Assembly: GCA_965222615.1 (NCBI GenBank)
Contig: CBDCUI010000009.1
Span: forward strand, 224,001 to 288,000
Length of the DNA stretch: 64,000 nucleotides
Direction: 5' to 3'
Origin: Gammaproteobacteria bacterium
GTDB taxonomy: Bacteria; Pseudomonadota; Gammaproteobacteria; UBA4575
Shown: in pieces, positions 1-10,089 of the stretch
Position numbering within the stretch: the first letter of the stretch is position 1
How the letters are laid out: each line of letters opens with the position of its first letter
Notes under the pieces: model-generated
Database searches by the model: none
What the model saw: the letters and a program-made list of their open reading frames with translations, nothing else
Told to the model about the DNA's origin: nothing
Position numbers and translations under genes: made by a program

Positions 1-1906
1 GCATATTTTGTACTAAAGAGAGAGATGTTTTTCCGCATCCATAGCCGTCTAATAGCAATTGAATATCTTTTCCTTCCATAGGCTTTAATAAGCTATTCGT
101 TATTCTTGGAGCATGGCTTAATACATTTTCAGATACTCCAACAACTAAATTGCATAGATCAGGTTTGACGGATAACAATTTTTCACGTAATCGGAAAATT
201 GAATTTGCGTCTAATAATGAGGCCCCGGTGACTTGAATATTAAATGATAATTTCTGAATTTCAGGAATAGAGGTATGCCAATTTTCTACTTGTTTACACA
301 CATCGTTTAGCATCCATTCCCATAATGGAGTAATCAGTTGTGTCTCTTCTGCACTAGGTACGAATTGTTCGGCATATAACAAACCTTGTATCGGATGAGG
401 CCAAACTAATCTTGCTTCAAGCCCTGTTAATTGATTATCTTTTAATGCGACTACTGGTTGCCAATGCACTAGAAATTTATCTTCATCAATTGCTTGTTGA
501 AGTTCTTTTTCTCTATGGGTTTGTAATGCTGCTTTTCCATGTGTAACTAAATCAGATACTTCATAACGAGCACCACCTAAACTTGTTGCTCGGCTTAAGG
601 CATTTTGAGCCTCAGTAAGTACGCTGTCTTTATCGTCATATCTAGAATTACCTATTACCACACCCATGCTAGCAGTTACATAGACCTCATTTTCGCCTAC
701 CGATAGAGGTGCTTGTACTTGCTCTTTGATTTGATTAATAATTGTAGTGATGTTTTTTATACTATAGTGAGATGAGTCTAATAAAATCCCAAAATGGTCG
801 TCGTGTAATCTACATAAAGATATGGGCTCATTTAAAGCTTCAATAATACGGTGTCCAATTTCAACAATAACGTATTCAATACTTTGTACACCTAGACTTT
901 CAAGTATCTGAGAATACTGGTCTATGCTTAGTAATAGCAATGTAAATGCATAATTTTTTCTGTATTTAGATTTTTCAATTGCATGATCTAGGCGATCTAT
1001 AAATAAAATCCTGTTCAATAATTTAGTATTAGAGTCGTATAAAGACTGTTGTTGATTACGTTCTTGAATTTTTATCTGCTTATCAAAATCAAACAGCGAG
1101 CCTTCAAACGATAATAATTCTCCACTTGAAGAAAAATTTCCCTTTCCCTTATTAAAGACCCATCGCTCTAAACCTTCTGCTGTAATAATTCGGTGTGTTA
1201 GTTCATACTGTTTTCCAGCTTGTAACTTATATTGAATAGTTTCAAAAAGTCTTTGATGATCATCTGGATGTATAATGCTCGAAAAGGTTATCTCGTTCTT
1301 TTCTACTAATTGATCACGGCTATAACCAGTCAATTCTAAACACCCCGAACTCGAATATTCGATAGTGAAATTATTATCATTGCGACATCTATAGAGCATT
1401 CCTGAATAGTTATCGATAAGATTACGCAAGCTACGATACTTGGCTTCGACTATATCTTGCTTGCGCATTTTGTCTGTAACATCTGTTAACGTCCCGACTA
1501 TCCCAACTAACTCACTGCTGTGACTATTTTTGAAAATAGAGTTGGCGCGAAGCACCATGAAGATAGAATTATTTTGTTTAGAAAGAAACCGAGTTGTAAC
1601 CGAACCTCTCGTACGGGTTTTTTGTTTGAATAAATTATGTAAATATTCCTCAACGCTGGATCGATCTTTAGGATGGATATGATCGAGCAGATGAGTACCC
1701 AGCGTTTCATCTTGTGTATAGCCTGTTAAATGTGCCCATGATGGATTTAAGTAAACCCATTTACCTGACATATCTACTTCAAATACAATTTGCTGTAGAT
1801 TGTTTAAGACATTATTTTTATTGAGAGTTGATTCGGTGCTGTAATACAAGTCGTCCTGACTAAGACGTTTATTAAATTGTACAAATATGTTGCTTAATGT
1901 GCTCAA
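1..1906 (-). CDS. PAS-PAS-GGDEF-EAL signalling protein (3' end runs off the window)
   Basis: Read manually; absent from the ORF track because it has no stop in the window. Frame from a probable TTG at 1906 encodes PAS motifs (IVFEVDMSGKWVYLNPSW; IIHPDD), a degenerate GGDEF region (LYDSNTKLLNR...LHDDHFGI) and an EAL-like region (HWQPVVAL...GLEARLVW). Confidence 0.8.
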   Translation of the reverse strand, partial: MSTLSNIFVQFNKRLSQDDLYYSTESTLNKNNVLNNLQQIVFEVDMSGKWVYLNPSWAHLTGYTQDETLGTHLLDHIHPKDRSSVEEYLHNLFKQKTRTRGSVTTRFLSKQNNSIFMVLRANSIFKNSHSSELVGIVGTLTDVTDKMRKQDIVEAKYRSLRNLIDNYSGMLYRCRNDNNFTIEYSSSGCLELTGYSRDQLVEKNEITFSSIIHPDDHQRLFETIQYKLQAGKQYELTHRIITAEGLERWVFNKGKGNFSSSGELLSFEGSLFDFDKQIKIQERNQQQSLYDSNTKLLNRILFIDRLDHAIEKSKYRKNYAFTLLLLSIDQYSQILESLGVQSIEYVIVEIGHRIIEALNEPISLCRLHDDHFGILLDSSHYSIKNITTIINQIKEQVQAPLSVGENEVYVTASMGVVIGNSRYDDKDSVLTEAQNALSRATSLGGARYEVSDLVTHGKAALQTHREKELQQAIDEDKFLVHWQPVVALKDNQLTGLEARLVWPHPIQGLLYAEQFVPSAEETQLITPLWEWMLNDVCKQVENWHTSIPEIQKLSFNIQVTGASLLDANSIFRLREKLLSVKPDLCNLVVGVSENVLSHAPRITNSLLKPMEGKDIQLLLDGYGCGKTSLSLVQNM

Positions 1907-1927
1907 GTTGCTGCAGTCGATGAGTTG

Positions 1928-2584
1928 TTATTTGCCAAACCCGTGACCTAAAGCCCAGACAGCGGCTTCTAGGCGTGAGTGAACCTTCAATTTCCTTAAT
2001 AAATTTTTCACATGTACTTTTACAGTACCATCACTTATATCAAGATCGCGTGCAATAAGTTTATTATTTTTACCACTTGCAATTAATTCCAAAATTTCTC
2101 TTTCTCTTTGAGTAAGAGAAACATCTTCTTCTTTTTCCGGCGTAGCATTTCGATCACGTCGTATAGAGCTTGCTAGCTTTTCAGATAAGTTCTGATCTAG
2201 CACCATTTGTCCTTTTAATACGTTTTGTAACTTTGACTGTAAAACTTCCGGTTCTAAATCTTTTAATAGATATCCGTCAGCGCCATTGCGCAAAGCTGCT
2301 ACAAGGTCCTCTTCGGCATTAGAAACTGTCAGCACAATAACATATGCACCTATATTATTTTTTTTCAGCTCAACTAATGTTTCAATACCGTTCATGCCTT
2401 CCATGTTTAAATCAAGTAATATGAGATCGGGATTATGATGCAATGCTAGTTTAACTCCTTCCATCCCTGATTGTGCTTCACCTACAAGTTTAAATTCATT
2501 ACCCATATCATCGATAAGCTGAGCTACACCTTTTCGAAATAGTGGGTGATCATCAATAATTAAAACAGAATTTTCTGACTGCAT
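1928..2584 (-). CDS. NarL/LuxR-family response regulator
   Basis: Receiver domain (IIDDHPLFRKG, LLDLNM, GYLLKD) plus LuxR HTH (LTQREREIL...TVKVHVKNLLRKL). Confidence 0.9.
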   Translation of the reverse strand: MQSENSVLIIDDHPLFRKGVAQLIDDMGNEFKLVGEAQSGMEGVKLALHHNPDLILLDLNMEGMNGIETLVELKKNNIGAYVIVLTVSNAEEDLVAALRNGADGYLLKDLEPEVLQSKLQNVLKGQMVLDQNLSEKLASSIRRDRNATPEKEEDVSLTQREREILELIASGKNNKLIARDLDISDGTVKVHVKNLLRKLKVHSRLEAAVWALGHGFGK

Positions 2585-2596
2585 TTTTACCTCACT

Positions 2597-3859
2597 TTAA
2601 TCAGGCAAAATATTTTTACTATTTTTTGTTTTGAAGGATATTTTTATCTGTGTACCACCTAATTGACTCGCCTGAACGCGAAATTTTCCTCCTAATTCAT
2701 GTGCTCTTTGCTGCATAATGATCATGCCATGGCGGTGTGTGTGTGTTTGAATACCATCCATTCCAATACCATCATCATCAATAATAATGGATATTAATCC
2801 TTGAGGTTGTAAATTCAGTGATACCTCCGCACGGCTCGCTTGAGAATGTCTCACAACATTCGAAATTGCTTCACGAATTATTTGTAGCACATGAATTTCC
2901 TCATCTACTGCTAAATCTACACGAGACAATCTATTATCTAAGCTAATAGCAACACTGCTGCGATTTTCAAATTCTTCTACAGAATCTTCTAATGCATGAG
3001 CAAGATCACGACTATTCATTGCTAGTCTGAAAGTAGTAATCAGTTCACGTAACTGTTTATAAGAAATATTAAGATTTGTGCGCAATTCTTCTACAATGCC
3101 ACTGATTGCAGTTATATTGCTGTCATTTTTATTCGAGCTTATTTTCAGTAATGCTTGAAGGCGGCTTACTTGTATTTTTAAATAAGAAAGAGATTGAGCT
3201 AGTGAGTCATGTAATTCTCTTGCTATCAAAGCTCTTTCTTCATGAAGTGCAAGACGTTTGCTCATATCCACTTGCTGCGAACTTGACAAAATACCATTCA
3301 ATGCAAATTTTAATGACTCAATCTCTGCAATTGAAATTTTTTTCGATGCAGCTTTAGGCACTTTTAAAATTAAAGTGCCACCAGTACTATGCTTATTTTC
3401 GCTTAAACGAATTATTTTAATATCAAATAAATCATTATGATTTCGATTATGTAAGTGTAATGCGTTATAATTTTCATCTGATGAGATATGGCTTAAATAA
3501 TCTTTAAATAAATTCAGCTCTTTTTCGTCTGTAATTGCTATGATGTCATTTTCACCAGATTCTTTTTTTACAAAAATTGCACCTGCATCAGCATTTGTTA
3601 AATTTTCAATTTCTTTTAGTACAGTAGAGAATGGCGTTGTAGAACCAGGGTTTTCTATGATGGCTCTAAGAATAGAGTTAAGAAAATGAAGGTGTTTATG
3701 TTCATCAGGAAATTCTAATGTGCTGTATGCGAGCTTATTGGATTTGCTATTAGGTTGTGTAAGCTCCTTTTTTTCTCTAAACAGGTAGGTTTTTGATATA
3801 AGGTTCAGAAATGCTTTTGAGGTATGGAGCGTATTTTTATAATTGTCTGATAACATCAA
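2597..3859 (-). CDS. NarX/NarQ-like HisKA_3 histidine kinase, apparently cytoplasmic (GAF-like input, no TM helices)
   Basis: H-box ERALIARELHDSLAQSLSYLKIQ; HATPase motifs EAISNVVRHS, DDDGIG, GGT; adjacent to a NarL-like regulator. Confidence 0.85.
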   Translation of the reverse strand: MMLSDNYKNTLHTSKAFLNLISKTYLFREKKELTQPNSKSNKLAYSTLEFPDEHKHLHFLNSILRAIIENPGSTTPFSTVLKEIENLTNADAGAIFVKKESGENDIIAITDEKELNLFKDYLSHISSDENYNALHLHNRNHNDLFDIKIIRLSENKHSTGGTLILKVPKAASKKISIAEIESLKFALNGILSSSQQVDMSKRLALHEERALIARELHDSLAQSLSYLKIQVSRLQALLKISSNKNDSNITAISGIVEELRTNLNISYKQLRELITTFRLAMNSRDLAHALEDSVEEFENRSSVAISLDNRLSRVDLAVDEEIHVLQIIREAISNVVRHSQASRAEVSLNLQPQGLISIIIDDDGIGMDGIQTHTHRHGMIIMQQRAHELGGKFRVQASQLGGTQIKISFKTKNSKNILPD

Positions 3860-4421
3860 ATCGCCTTTTGTTATGAGTAGATGATTTGTTTTAACAGCTC
3901 ATATCAGCAGTAACGCATATACAACTGAAATAGCAACATATCACTGTAAATTTTAGTACAAATAGATTACACCTTGTTTATAAAGGCTACAATTTATTTG
4001 CCATGTGAAATTACTGTTTCGTAAAAACATGTAATACAATTAATTATATTCATTGCCTTACTCTACATGTGGTTTACATAAAGTATTAGTTTTTATAGTT
4101 GGCCAACCTCGTTCCTGGCGTTGCTACTAATATTCTTAGCAAGAATGTCTAGCATATACATATGTCAACCTAAACTATACGCCACTAGCACCATCGATGA
4201 TGGATAAAACTCTATAAATAAATTTATAAACCTAATAAGAAGTGTATTTATACACATGTGGCTACCAATAAAGTTGTATAACTTATTAGTAATTGACGCA
4301 GACTAGAAATACTTTTTATTTTTTGATGTTTGGCTAGTATCAGTTAACGCCTTTGCATTGTTTAGTCTAATTACTTCAACAACACAATTTTAAAAAAATA
4401 AATTATTTTAAGGAGAAACTC

Positions 4422-5528
4422 ATGGCCGTTACTCGACATTCAGCATTGGAATCACGTCATCAAGCGCTTGGCTCACCTCTTGGAGAATGGAATGAGATGG
4501 ATGTACCGTGGGAATATGCCCAAGATATAAATGATGAACATCTAGCAGTTCGACATGCTGCAGGGTTATTTGATGTTTCAGGTCTTAAAAAGAACCATAT
4601 TATAGGGCCAGATGCAATTTCTGTGGCTAATCATGTATGTACACGTGATTTGTCTATTCTTTATCCAGGAAGATCAACTTATGCCATTATTCTTAACGAA
4701 GATGGATACATCACGGATGATTGCATCATGTTTCACATATCGCCTAACCATGTAATGATGGTGCATGGTGGTGGTACTGGCATGGAGCAGCTGCAAAAAT
4801 CAGCGCAAAACAAAGATGTCAATATTATATTTGACGATGATTTACATGATATTTCATTACAAGGTCCTAAGGCAGTTGATTTGCTAGATCAACATACACC
4901 TTTTGATCTGCAAAGCTTAAAGTATTTCCATCATATACCTACTACATTATTCGATCATCACTGCCTAATATCACGTACAGGTTATTCAGGCGAACGAGGC
5001 TATGAGATTTTTGCTAAAGCGGCTGACATCGTTTCAATCTGGGATGCAATTTTGGAAAATGGTAATTCAATGGGAATCATTCCTTGCTCATTTAATTGTA
5101 TCGATGCTATTCGTGTTGAAGCAGCGTTGTTGTTTTATCCTTATGATATGAATGAAAATAATACGCCCTGGGAGGTCGGATTGGGATTCGCAATCAGTCA
5201 AAAGAAAAAAGCAGACTATCGAGGTAAAGATGCCGTATTAAATTCTATTGGCAAAGAAAAGATTAAAACATTTGGCATTGTCGCTAATTGTGAAACAGCT
5301 GTAGACCCGGATGCAGAAGTCATTCAAGATGGAAAAACAGTGGGTAAAGTAACTGCACCGGTTTTCTCGCCCATCATTAACCAATCTCTTGCTATGGTGC
5401 AACTTCAACCTGAACTTGCTCAGGCTGGCATCAATCTTGATGTCAAAGGTGAGAATGTATCGTGTTCTGCAACCACTTCAGAAATCCCTTTCCTGGATCC
5501 AACAAAGAAAAAGAGATCAGCTAAGTAG
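4422..5528 (+). CDS. GcvT-family aminomethyltransferase (folate-dependent demethylase-like)
   Basis: Motifs EHLAVRHAAGLFDVS, LQGPKA, SRTGYSGERGYEIF; AGGAG RBS. Confidence 0.85.
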   Translation: MAVTRHSALESRHQALGSPLGEWNEMDVPWEYAQDINDEHLAVRHAAGLFDVSGLKKNHIIGPDAISVANHVCTRDLSILYPGRSTYAIILNEDGYITDDCIMFHISPNHVMMVHGGGTGMEQLQKSAQNKDVNIIFDDDLHDISLQGPKAVDLLDQHTPFDLQSLKYFHHIPTTLFDHHCLISRTGYSGERGYEIFAKAADIVSIWDAILENGNSMGIIPCSFNCIDAIRVEAALLFYPYDMNENNTPWEVGLGFAISQKKKADYRGKDAVLNSIGKEKIKTFGIVANCETAVDPDAEVIQDGKTVGKVTAPVFSPIINQSLAMVQLQPELAQAGINLDVKGENVSCSATTSEIPFLDPTKKKRSAK

Positions 5529-5660
5529 AAATTTAGTTTAATAATTCATTTGGCTATCTATTTTGATAGTAATGTCTAATATACCAGCGTATAAAATATG
5601 GCGCAGTAGTTTAGGTCTTATATATTTAACTAGTAACTCTCGAAGTAAAATCGCTAAAAA

Positions 5661-6377
5661 TTGAAACCAATACGTATTTTTAGGCACGATGACTGGATTG
5701 GAGCAGGTTATTTTGTTGAAACGCTAGATCGCCTTCAAATTGCATATGAATTAATTGCAATTGATACTGGTGACATAGTCACAGATCGACTTGAAGATGC
5801 AAGTGGCTTGGTTTTCTTGGGTGGAACCATGAGCGTAAATGATCCGCTTACTTGGGTTGATGATGAGTTAAACCTTATTCGTAATGCAGCAAAACGAAAA
5901 TTTCCAGTTTTTGGTCACTGTTTTGGAGCTCAGTTAATCAGTAAAGCATTGGGTGGAAGCATAAGCAAAATGCCTGCTAAGGAGATAGGTTGGCATGCAA
6001 TTGAGTTTAAAGATAATGAGATTACAAGAGAGTGGTTTAATAAACTACCACGTACAATTAAAGTCATGCTTTGGCATGAAGATGCAATGACACTACCACA
6101 GGGTGCAACACCTCTTTATTCAACTGCTTTTTGCCCACAGCAGGCTTTCATTTTCGATAATATGATTGCAACGATTCCACATATTGAAGTCACTTCTGCA
6201 ATGTTAAAAAATTGGTTAGATTTATATGGTTATGATTTAACTCCAATTTCGGCAAGCGTGCAGAGCATTGAAGAAGTGAGCAGTAATCTCGATATGCGGA
6301 TTCGCGATATGCAACAATTATCAGACGTTCTTTATAAACGGTGGTTAGATATAGTGAGAAGGTATAATCAGACTTAA
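5661..6377 (+). CDS. Class I glutamine amidotransferase-like protein
   Basis: GGTMSVND, nucleophile elbow GHCFGAQL, EIGW, WHED, PHIE. Confidence 0.85.
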   Translation: MKPIRIFRHDDWIGAGYFVETLDRLQIAYELIAIDTGDIVTDRLEDASGLVFLGGTMSVNDPLTWVDDELNLIRNAAKRKFPVFGHCFGAQLISKALGGSISKMPAKEIGWHAIEFKDNEITREWFNKLPRTIKVMLWHEDAMTLPQGATPLYSTAFCPQQAFIFDNMIATIPHIEVTSAMLKNWLDLYGYDLTPISASVQSIEEVSSNLDMRIRDMQQLSDVLYKRWLDIVRRYNQT

Positions 6378-6634
6378 ACTAGATTATTTATATTGGTTAA
6401 AACCAATTAATCGAGTACTTATTTTAGGCAAGCAGATACAATTAAAACGCTAAAATATCTTTAGTGCTCTAGTGCAAGACATTTGTACTAGCTTTAGGGC
6501 TTGTAATTCATTTATCGATATTTTATACGACAGACGATAATTATTTATATATCAGTGGGTTAATCAACACGTGCAATATGACTATATCTATTTTACTATT
6601 TACTAATATACAGGAATAACAGCAAAATCAGGCC

Positions 6635-7876
6635 ATGAGCGAATTCACTTTTAATACTGTTCCCGAAGTCTTAGAGGATCTTAAGCTGGGTAAGCTTGTG
6701 ATTGTTGTGGATGATGAGTCACGTGAAAATGAAGGTGATCTCATTGGTGCAGCAGACAAGTGTACGCCTGAAATGGTGAACTTTATGGCCACACATGGAA
6801 GAGGACTAATCTGTGCTGCCATTACTGAAGAGCGTTCAAGAAAATTAGATTTGGATTTAATGGTAGAGGCGAATGAAAACGATGCCTTACACAATACCCC
6901 ATTTACTGTTTCTGTTGACTATAAGCATGGTACTACCACCGGTATTTCTGCTACAGACCGTTATAAAACCATCCAGGCGCTTGCAGATCCTTCTACAAGC
7001 GCAAGTGATTTTGCACGTCCGGGACATATTTTTCCGTTACGTGCCACAAAAGGAGGGGTATTCAGACGTGATGGACACACCGAAGCTGCGGTAGATTTAA
7101 TGGAACTTGCCGGACTACGTCCTGCAGGCCTGCTATGCGAAATCATGAAGCAAGATGGCAGTATGGCGAGACTACCAGACTTAATTGAATTTGCCCAATT
7201 ACATGGTTTGAAAATTCTTACTATACAAGAACTTATAAGATACCGTTTACGTTATGAATCAAGAGTAGAGCGTGAAGTTACCGTACAACTACCCACTTGC
7301 TGGGGAGACTTTGAATTAACGGCATTCCGCGATATTTATACGGATAAAGAACATCTGGCGCTTGTACATGGCAGTTGGAATCCAGGTGACGACGTATTGG
7401 TGAGAATACATTCTGAATGTTTGACTGGCGACGTATTTGGATCTGCACGATGTGATTGTGGCGAACAAATCCGGATTGCCATGGAAATGGTGCAACAAAA
7501 TCAGCAGGGTGTCATTATATATATGCGTGATGAAGGTCGTGGCATAGGCTTGGTGAATAAATTAAAGGCCTATGCATTACAAGAACAGGGTTATGATACC
7601 GTAGAAGCCAATCTTGAATTAGGATTTGATGCCGATCAGCGTGATTTCTCCATCGCAGCACATATTCTGCGTGCATTAAATGTTGAAAATGTACAACTGA
7701 TTACCAATAACCCGGATAAGTGTAATTGGATGGAAGCGTACGATATTAATCTTGTGGATCGGATTTCTATGATTTGTCCAACAGATAGCGAATTTCGTCG
7801 TAAATATCTTCAGACTAAGCGCGACAAAATGGGCCACGTTATTGATCTTAAAAATATCGTACCGCACTGGAAATAA
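6635..7876 (+). CDS. ribBA: Bifunctional DHBP synthase / GTP cyclohydrolase II
   Basis: DDESRENEGD, RDGHTEAAVDL, VRIHSECLTGD...RCDCGEQ, EGRGIGLVNKLKAY, TNNPDK. Confidence 0.95.
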   Translation: MSEFTFNTVPEVLEDLKLGKLVIVVDDESRENEGDLIGAADKCTPEMVNFMATHGRGLICAAITEERSRKLDLDLMVEANENDALHNTPFTVSVDYKHGTTTGISATDRYKTIQALADPSTSASDFARPGHIFPLRATKGGVFRRDGHTEAAVDLMELAGLRPAGLLCEIMKQDGSMARLPDLIEFAQLHGLKILTIQELIRYRLRYESRVEREVTVQLPTCWGDFELTAFRDIYTDKEHLALVHGSWNPGDDVLVRIHSECLTGDVFGSARCDCGEQIRIAMEMVQQNQQGVIIYMRDEGRGIGLVNKLKAYALQEQGYDTVEANLELGFDADQRDFSIAAHILRALNVENVQLITNNPDKCNWMEAYDINLVDRISMICPTDSEFRRKYLQTKRDKMGHVIDLKNIVPHWK

Positions 7877-7888
7877 GCGCAAGAAGCT

Positions 7889-8072
7889 CTGATTTATTCT
7901 GCTACTTCGTTAAAAAATGTTTCGAAATGCTCATTTACTAGCGTGTAAACTCCGCTTTGACTCGCACCTTCCTGGTGCTCGGCCTGTGGCTAGCAGAGCT
8001 TCCCAAATCTGCTCCCGGCAGATTTGTCTTAACATTTTTTGCCTCATATCAAACGCTATGCTAATAAATCAG
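7889..8072. repeat. Intergenic MITE/ERIC-like palindromic element (copy 1, longer internal segment)
   Basis: Ends CTGATTTA...TAAATCAG; shares GCTACTT-GTTAAAAAAT and TTTTTTGCCTCATATC blocks with the element at 61554-61672. Confidence 0.65.
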
Positions 8073-8109
8073 CACTCCTTTAACGTATTAAGCTTACATA
8101 TTTAATAAA

Positions 8110-8727
8110 ATGAAATTACTTGGCCTTTCGGGCAGCCCTGCCAAAAACTCAAACTCAAGGACGTTGAGTGCCGTCAAGCAAGTTGTGGAATTTGCCAAGA
8201 CATATGATTCTAGAATAAATGATGAAACCATCAATGTGCGTGACTTAAATATTGAGTTATGCGACGGTCGTAATCCAGCCTTGTATGAAGGTGATACCAA
8301 GAACTTAATCAATAAGATAGTACAAGCGGATGCATTGGTTTTAGGGACACCAGTCTATAGAGGTTCATATACTGGTATATTAAAAAACGTATTCGATATC
8401 ATTCCTAATGATGCACTTGTAGGGAAACCAGTGGGCATCGTGGTTACGGCTTCGACTCAACATCATTATTTATCTATCGAACATGGAATTAAGCCATTGC
8501 TAGGATTTTTTCATGCTCATGCATTGCCAGGAGGCGTGTATTTAAGTAGCCATCATTACCAAGACCACGTGCTAGTAGATGAACGAGCGATAGAGCGCTT
8601 ACATCAATTAGGGGAATCCATAATTGAATTTGCTAAACATATTCCACATGACAGATCTAAAGTAACTGGCGCATCGGGACCAGATATTCCTTGGGAGTCT
8701 CGGTTGAAAGGTAGTAATACCCTATAG
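8110..8727 (+). CDS. NAD(P)H-dependent FMN reductase (SsuE/MsuE-like)
   Basis: GLSGSP...SRT and GTPVYRGSYTGILKNVFD motifs. Confidence 0.85.
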   Translation: MKLLGLSGSPAKNSNSRTLSAVKQVVEFAKTYDSRINDETINVRDLNIELCDGRNPALYEGDTKNLINKIVQADALVLGTPVYRGSYTGILKNVFDIIPNDALVGKPVGIVVTASTQHHYLSIEHGIKPLLGFFHAHALPGGVYLSSHHYQDHVLVDERAIERLHQLGESIIEFAKHIPHDRSKVTGASGPDIPWESRLKGSNTL

Positions 8728-9140
8728 TTTTTTGTACCTTTTTGAATGTGCTACAAGTGTCTTAATATTTTTCATTGTAAAACAAGCGGATAACTAATAA
8801 TTTAGCATTAAATAATTACAAATAATTTATAACTAATTGATTTTAATATATATTATATATCGCTAAAAGAAAAATATAATAACTTCAAGCAACTTAACCT
8901 CATTTTTAATGTACCTCTTTGCATAAAGCTGTGGTACTTTACATCTCGGTGGTTCCATAAATCTCTGTACCGTTGAGAGGCGATATCTAGAGAATCCGGA
9001 AGGAGCAATAACTATATAAAATAACTTCTGTAAAACCATCTGCCTAGCGTAGAAACATTTAGCAGCCCTTTCTCCTCTAGTTGGGTCATTAATTAAAAAA
9101 TATAAAAGCTAAAGTTGTTACGCAAAGAAAGGTAAGTATC

Positions 9141-9169
9141 AACCCGCCCCCGTGGCGGGTTTTGTTTTT
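9141..9169 (+). terminator. Rho-independent terminator
   Basis: AACCCGCC-cccgt-GGCGGGTT hairpin followed by a T-rich tail. Confidence 0.7.
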
Positions 9170-9205
9170 CATGGGTACACTAATCTTTTTAAAACTTCTT
9201 TTTTC

Positions 9206-9589
9206 ATGAACAGTTGTATTAAATCCATGAAATTTTGGTATGTAGTCACACTAAGCTTACTGTTCATCTATACAACACCACTATTTGCGGCAGATGTAGG
9301 CGGCCGATATTTAATCTCAGGGATTGGTAAAGACTCATGTCAAAGTTTTGTAGATGCCGATGCTGTGGGGCAGTCATATTATTTGACTTGGTTATCTGGC
9401 TATATTACTTCTCACAATTATCATTCTGAAGGTACATATAGTATTGTTAACAAGAAGTCTGTTCAGGATTTAGAAACCTGGTTGCGCGGCTATTGTTTTG
9501 CCAATTTAGATCATACATTTGAACAAGCTGCAAAGGGTTTGGTGAGAAGTTTAGAATATTTTAAAAAGAAAAATTATTACGACAAGTAA
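9206..9589 (+). CDS. Small secreted protein with a Cys pair (HdeA-like pattern)
   Basis: Signal peptide, GKDSCQSF...WLSGYIT...WLRGYC. The track's GTG start at 9152 overlaps the terminator, so the start is more likely 9206 or 9227. Confidence 0.6.
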   Translation: MNSCIKSMKFWYVVTLSLLFIYTTPLFAADVGGRYLISGIGKDSCQSFVDADAVGQSYYLTWLSGYITSHNYHSEGTYSIVNKKSVQDLETWLRGYCFANLDHTFEQAAKGLVRSLEYFKKKNYYDK

Positions 9590-9607
9590 TTAATACAAGA
9601 GTGTTTT

Positions 9608-10030
9608 GTGGAAAATCAAGATCTTAAACGTGCTGGATTAAAAGTTACTTTACCTAGAATGAAGATTTTAGAGATTCTTGAAAGCTCCAATAAAAAACAT
9701 TTAAGTGCTGAAGATATCTATAGGGTATTACTTGACGCAGGTGAAGAAATAGGGCTTGCCACAATATACAGAGTGTTAACCCAATTTGAAGATGCGGGAT
9801 TGGTAATACGGCATCATTTTGAAACTGGGCAGGCTGTATTTGAACTAGAAAGCGGTAAACATCACGATCATTTAATCTGCGTTAAATGTGGCAAGATTAT
9901 TGAATTCATGGATGAGTCTATTGAAGCCAAACAAAAAGAAATTGCTAAGAAGAATGGCTTTCGAATCTCAGATCATTCTCTGATCATATATGGGATATGC
10001 GATAATATAGGATGTCAAAGCAAGCATTAG
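9608..10030 (+). CDS. fur: Ferric uptake regulator
   Basis: LKRAGLKVTLPRMKIL, HLSAEDIY, IGLATIYRVLTQF, HHDHLICVKCG. Confidence 0.95.
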   Translation: MENQDLKRAGLKVTLPRMKILEILESSNKKHLSAEDIYRVLLDAGEEIGLATIYRVLTQFEDAGLVIRHHFETGQAVFELESGKHHDHLICVKCGKIIEFMDESIEAKQKEIAKKNGFRISDHSLIIYGICDNIGCQSKH

Positions 10031-10089
10031 TCTAAAGTTCAATATCAAATAGACTATTCCTTAACGAGTTTTATGCTTAATTTACTTTA

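Noticed and set aside
7917-8105. 62-aa ORF between ribBA and the FMN reductase
   Set aside because: It lies almost wholly within the MITE-like repeat and is probably spurious.
8993-9010. TCCGGAAGGAGCA as SRP RNA (ffs) or a glycine riboswitch
   Set aside because: Only the short motif matches. The surrounding long SRP helix and the riboswitch GGAGA/CTCTCAGG elements are not visible.
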